The notes under the pieces: model-generated
Told to the model about the DNA's origin: nothing
Database searches by the model: none
Seen by the model: only the letters and a program-made list of their open reading frames with translations
Position numbers and translations under genes: made by a program
Shown: piece after piece, positions 55,096 through 64,000 of the stretch
How positions within the stretch are numbered: position 1 is the first letter of the stretch
Layout: every line of letters starts with the position of its first letter
Source: the human T2T-CHM13v2.0 reference genome, Homo sapiens
Assembly (NCBI RefSeq): GCF_009914755.1
Contig: NC_060935.1
Direction: 5' to 3' (one strand)
DNA length: 64,000 bases

Positions 55096-56340
55096 TCAAT
55101 ATCATGTCATAAAATACCATATGTACAGAATGCCAGGTAACTTCTCTAGGCAGCCAGATTTGCACAGCAATCGCCAGAGTGCTGAAATAATATATGTGAA
55201 ATGTGTAAACTGTAAAGTGTTCTGCAAACAGACATTGTGATATAATCTCCTGGTGATATGTTAGTTACTGATAAGGTCTCATGATGATGGTGAAGAAGCC
55301 CTTTGCTGTTCTCAGAAGTCCTCACTGGTTAGAAAACCGTCATAGAAAGAACTGGAACTCCAGAATCAGAAACCAGGGTTTTGAGTTCTGGTAGATCCTT
55401 CCTCTCACTGTTCTCATGCCAAAGCCCTCTTCCAAGGATGGCAAAAATCCCAAGTGGCAGAAATAAAAATGATTCTGTCTGTGTTACAGCCAAGCTAGTT
55501 CCCTATGGGTGGATGAGTCACATGTGAGCAGAGCTGGGAGAACTACATTTACATTCCTTTACATTTCCCTCTTTCCACCCTCCTTTCCACTGCCCTGTGT
55601 TGGCTCCTGTCGCTATGACAAAAAACTTGCTCAAGAAACCCCAGCTTAGTTTCTCTATGGGGAGGAAGGTGGCAAGCTACCTGGGTAGCTGTGGTTCTTG
55701 TTGGTGAAGCCCATGGCCCAGTGGGGCGGTGTCTTTGTACAAATCCACACACGTCCTCCCCTGTGCTCCAAATTGTGAGTGCACATCCCCAAAGACTTTT
55801 TTTTTTTTTTGAGACAGAGTTTTGCCCTTGTTGCCCAGGCTGGAATGCAGTGGCACGATCTCGGCTCAACCACAACCTCCGCCTCCCAGGTTCAAGCAAT
55901 TCTCCTGCCTCAGCCTCCTGAGTAGCTGGGATTACAAGTATGCACCACCACGTCCAGGTAATTTTGTATTTTTAGTAGAGAGGGGGTTTCACCATGTTGG
56001 CCAGGCTGGTCTCGGGCTCCCGACCTCAAGTGATCCACCCGCCTCGGCCTCCCAAAGTGCTGGGATTACAGGCGTGGGCCACTGCGCCCGGCCTCCCCTT
56101 CATACTTGACTATCCCTGTGTCATAAGGACTCAGAATCTGAGGGTTTTGTCATAATTATACACAGTCTAGAAGACCAAGCCACACTTGGGTTGGCAGCAT
56201 TTAAGCTGCTGGGTCATCCTGCAAGGAGGCATATTTGTGAAACTGGATGAAGAAAAAGTAGGAAAAGCTACCTACTTTTTAAGCTCAGGAAGCATTTTAT
56301 AAGATTTCCAAGGCTAACAGCTGCAGCCTCCTCTAGCTCC

Positions 56341-58204
<1,864 letters not shown>

Positions 58205-58901
58205 CCTGGTCTCTGCTGTGGTGCTCAGTGTTACCAACCGGTCCTCACTTTCCCAGTTCTTAGCTGTGTCCCTCTGCAAATCTTAGCACCTCTCTGATTT
58301 TCAGTCTCCTCCTTTGTAAAACGGGAAGAGTAAGTCCTACTCTGCCAGGTTGTTGTGAGGCCATGGTGACAGAGTGCTGAGCGGAATGCCAGGTGTACCA
58401 CAGACGCAACTTACGCATGAGTTCCCATCCTCCCCCTTCTCCACCCTGGTCCAACCTCACCTTGGGCACAGAGCTCCCATTGCAAGGCTGAGGAGCAGGG
58501 TTCCTATACCTTTTCCTGGGACTCGGGTTCATTGGTGATGTCCAGAATAGTGCATGACCCTGCCTTCTTGACAAATCCTCCCAGACATCTCATCAGCATC
58601 TCAAATCCAATGTGTCCAAAGGTGAACTCTTGATCTTTCCTTCTTTTTCTGTCTCTTTCACAGTTTACCTCATCTCAATAAATGGTATTTCCAGGTAGCT
58701 AAACATCTGGACGTCATTTTTGCTTTCTTTTTTCTTTTCTTTTTTTTTTTTTTGAGACAGAGTCTCACTCTGTTGCCTGGGCTGGAGTGCAGTGGCATGA
58801 TCTTTGCTCATTGCAACCTCCATCTCCTGGGTTTAAGCGATTCTCCTGCCTCAGCCTCCAAGTAGCTGGGATTACAGGCATGCGCCACCACACCCAGCTA
58901 A

Positions 58902-59114
<213 letters not shown>

Positions 59115-59795
59115 TGAACTCCTGACCTCATGATCTTCCCGCCTCAGCCTCCAAAAGTGCTGGGATTACAGGCATGAGCCACTGTGCCCGGCCGTGATGA
59201 TGGTGTTGTGTTTTGTTTTTTGTTTTTTTTTTTGAGACGGAGTCTTACTCTGTCGCCCAGGCTGGAGTGCAGTGGTGTGATTTCAGCTCACTGCAACCTC
59301 CGCCCCTGAGTTCAAGCGATTCTCCTGCCTCAGCCTGCCGAGTAGCTGGGATTACAGGCACCTGCCACCGTGCCTGGCTAATTTTTGTGTTTTTAGTAGA
59401 GACGGGGTTTCACCATCTTGGCCAGGCTAGTCTTGAACTGCTGACCTCATGACCCACCTGCCTCGGCCTCCCTGGGATTATAGGCGTGAGCCACCATGCC
59501 CGGCTGTGATGATGTTTTTCTCTTGGTTTATCATGGCCACAGAGTAGCCTTGTCTGGTGTTCATGTATTGTGAAATTATTTACTTCAGTGGAACATCAAG
59601 GCCTAGCTGATAGTACCAGGCCCACTACCACATGCCAGGGCTTCATTTCCTTTCTCAGAACTCACACCCGTTCCCAAATGTTACCAAGCTGTTCCTTGCC
59701 TAAGAGGCTCTTTTCCATTCCCCAGCCAAACACTACTTTTTTCAAGTCAAACTGCACAAAATTCCATCTCTCCTGTGAGGTCTTCCCAAAGACAG

Positions 59796-61131
<1,336 letters not shown>

Positions 61132-61652
61132 ACAGTACTACTGTCTCCATAGAATTAGCTTTCCTGAGTGCATCCAAAAATCTTAATTGGTGACCAGGCA
61201 TGGTAGTTCATGCCTGTAATCAAAGCAATTTGGGAAGCTGAGGCTAGAGGATGGCTTGAGCCCAGGAGTTCAAGGCCAGTCTGGGCAACATAGTGAGACC
61301 TTGTCTCTATAAAACCAAAAACCAAAAACCTTGGTGGGCATAGCATACTTAGTCTTCAAATGTGTACCTACCTTGAAGTATTTTACTTGTTTCACATATA
61401 TTTTTATTCAGTTCCCAGTAGGTTGTAAATCTTTTAGAGGCAAAGTCCATTTCTTACACTTCAATATCCCCTGCAACTGAGCACCCTGCTGAAGGACAGG
61501 TTGGTCTTAGTTGGCATGTTGGTTGGTCTGAATAAGGGGAGGGGGCGAACAGTTTGCTTCTGCAACACAGCTCTGAAAACACAGCTCTAGGCTAGCAGGG
61601 GAGAAGCTCCCAGCTTGCCCCTTTCCCAGGCAAAACCATTTCTTTTTTTTAA

Positions 61653-61973
<321 letters not shown>

Positions 61974-62651
61974 TGATCTGCCCGCCTGGGCCTCCCAAAG
62001 TGCTGGGATTACAGGCGTGAGCCACCACGCCTGGCCGTGATCTCAGCTTACTGCAACCTCTGCCTTCCCGGTTCAAGCGATTCTCATGCCTCAGCCTCCT
62101 GAGTAGCTGGGATGACCGGCACGTGCCCCATGCCTGGCTAATTTTTGTATTTTTAATAGAGAGGGGTTTCACCATGTTGGCCAGGTGGGTCTCAAACTCC
62201 TGGCCTCAGGTGATCTGCCCACCTCGGTCTCCTATTGGGATTATAGGCGTGAGCCACCGCAACCGGCCTTCTAATTTCCCTTTTGGAGCATTCATTCCGT
62301 TGCAAGAGCTTATTTAATTTTTATTTATTTATTTATTTATTTATTTTTGAGACAGAGTTTTGCTCTTGTTGCCCAGGCTGGAGGGCTATCACGCCATCTT
62401 GGCTCACCGCAACCTTCGCCTCCTGGGTCCAAGTGATTGTCCTGCCTCAGGCTCCTGAGTAGCTGGGATTACAGGCATGTGCCACCATGCCCTGCTAATT
62501 TTGTATTTTCACTAGAGATGGGTTTTCTCCATGTTGGTCAGGCAGGTCTCGAACTCCCGACCTCAGGTGATCCGGCCGCCTCGGCCTCCCAAAGTGCTGG
62601 AATTACAGGCGTGAGCCACTGCGCCTGGCCAATTTTTATTTATTTATTTAG

Positions 62652-62812
<161 letters not shown>

Positions 62813-64000
62813 TAATTTTTTAGACAGGGGTCTCAGTATTGCTGAGGCTGATCTCCAACTCCTGGGCTGAAGCGATCCTATCCTCTTGCCCTCTCGAAGT
62901 GCTGAGATTACCAGCATGAGCCACCACACTGGACCAAGAGTTGATTTTGGTAACATCTTCTGTCCCTATCTGTCTGAAAAATCCTTGAGAGTAGGATCTA
63001 CCATTAATGCATTAAACAAATTATTATTTTTTGTTTGTTTATTTTGAGATGGAGTCTTACTCTGTAACCCAGGCTAGAGTGCAGTGGCGCTATCTCAGCT
63101 CACTGAAACCTCTGCCTCCCAGGTTCAAGTGATTCTCCTGCCTCAGCCTCCTGAATAGCTGGGATTACAGGTGCGTGCCATGATGCCCAGCTAATTTTTT
63201 ATATTTATTTATTTTTATTTTTATTTTTTTGAGTTGGAGTCTTGCTCTGTCGCCTAGGCTGGAATGCTGTGGCATGATCTTGGCTCACTGCAGCCTCCCT
63301 CTCCTCGGTTCAAGCGATTCTCCTACCTCAGCCTCCTGAGTAGCTGGGACCACAGGCAAGTGCCACCACGCCCCAGCTAATTTTTGTATTTTTAGTAGAG
63401 ACGGGGTTTCACCATGTTGGTCAGGCTAGTCTCGAACTCCTGACCTCAAGTGATCTGCCTGCTTCATCCTCCCAAAGCGCTGGGATTACAGGCATGAGCC
63501 ACTGCGCCTGATGGTATTTTTAGTAGAGAAAGGGTTTCACCATGTTGGCCCGGCTGGTCTTGAACTCCTGGCCTCAAGTGATTCACCTGCCTTAGGCTCC
63601 CAAAGTGCTGGGATTACAGGCTTGAGCCAATGCGATGGCCTACCATTAATGCATTTTTGTATATCTCCTCCCACCCCCACAAACTGTCAGGCACGGGGCT
63701 TAGTGGGTGGAGGAAAGGCCCAGCAATGCCTGAGTAAGCCCAACTCCTGCCTGCCTCTTCGCAGAAACTAGGGTGCATCCAAACTGTCTCTTCTCAGGCT
63801 AGGCAGGACAGCGCGGCCTCACCTGTGAACCTTCAAGACTTGGACTTTGGCTGAAGCGAGGGCGTAGGAGTTCTAAGTACCGCTGGCTGCACGCCCTCTG
63901 GCCCATCACGTCCCAGGCTGCTCCTAGGTGGACACCCAACAGGTTAGGCAAGTCTTAGTTAAAAGCAGTGAGAGGCCAAGAGGCTGGGCATGGTGGCTCA

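Noticed and set aside
63650-64000. DDB2 promoter or first exon
   Set aside because: No DDB2 exon is identifiable; by recalled gene order it starts beyond the window.

Overview
Human (primate) genomic DNA. The translated exons and gene order match the 11p11.2 cluster CSTPP1 (C11orf49) - ARFGAP2 - PACSIN3, followed by an intergenic region that should lead to DDB2 just beyond the right edge (gene order from memory; no DDB2 exon is visible). I hand-spliced the following from GT/GC-AG boundaries and codon phase. (1) The last five coding exons of CSTPP1 (+), plus in-phase alternative 3' ends. (2) The complete ARFGAP2 CDS (-, 16 exons, 1566 nt = 521 aa + stop). (3) The complete PACSIN3 CDS (-, 9 coding exons, 1275 nt = 424 aa + stop, one GC-AG intron), with the miR-6745 sequence at an intron 3' end. 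Positions ~39-64 kb are an extremely Alu-dense intergenic region holding an RPS20 processed pseudogene nested in a MER3, solo LTRs (MER41B-like, LTR8, MER34-like, MLT1) and other old transposons. Most ORFs in the supplied track are Alu, antisense or GC-rich artefacts. I found no evidence of a wholly new biological system. The best leads are regulatory or RNA-processing features: a paired MER41-derived STAT/GAS motif, a tailed-mirtron hairpin, a tail-to-tail CSTPP1/ARFGAP2 overlap, a young AluYb8/9, a G-run-supported GC donor and local micro-duplications. Repeat family names come from recalled consensus sequences, not from a RepeatMasker run.
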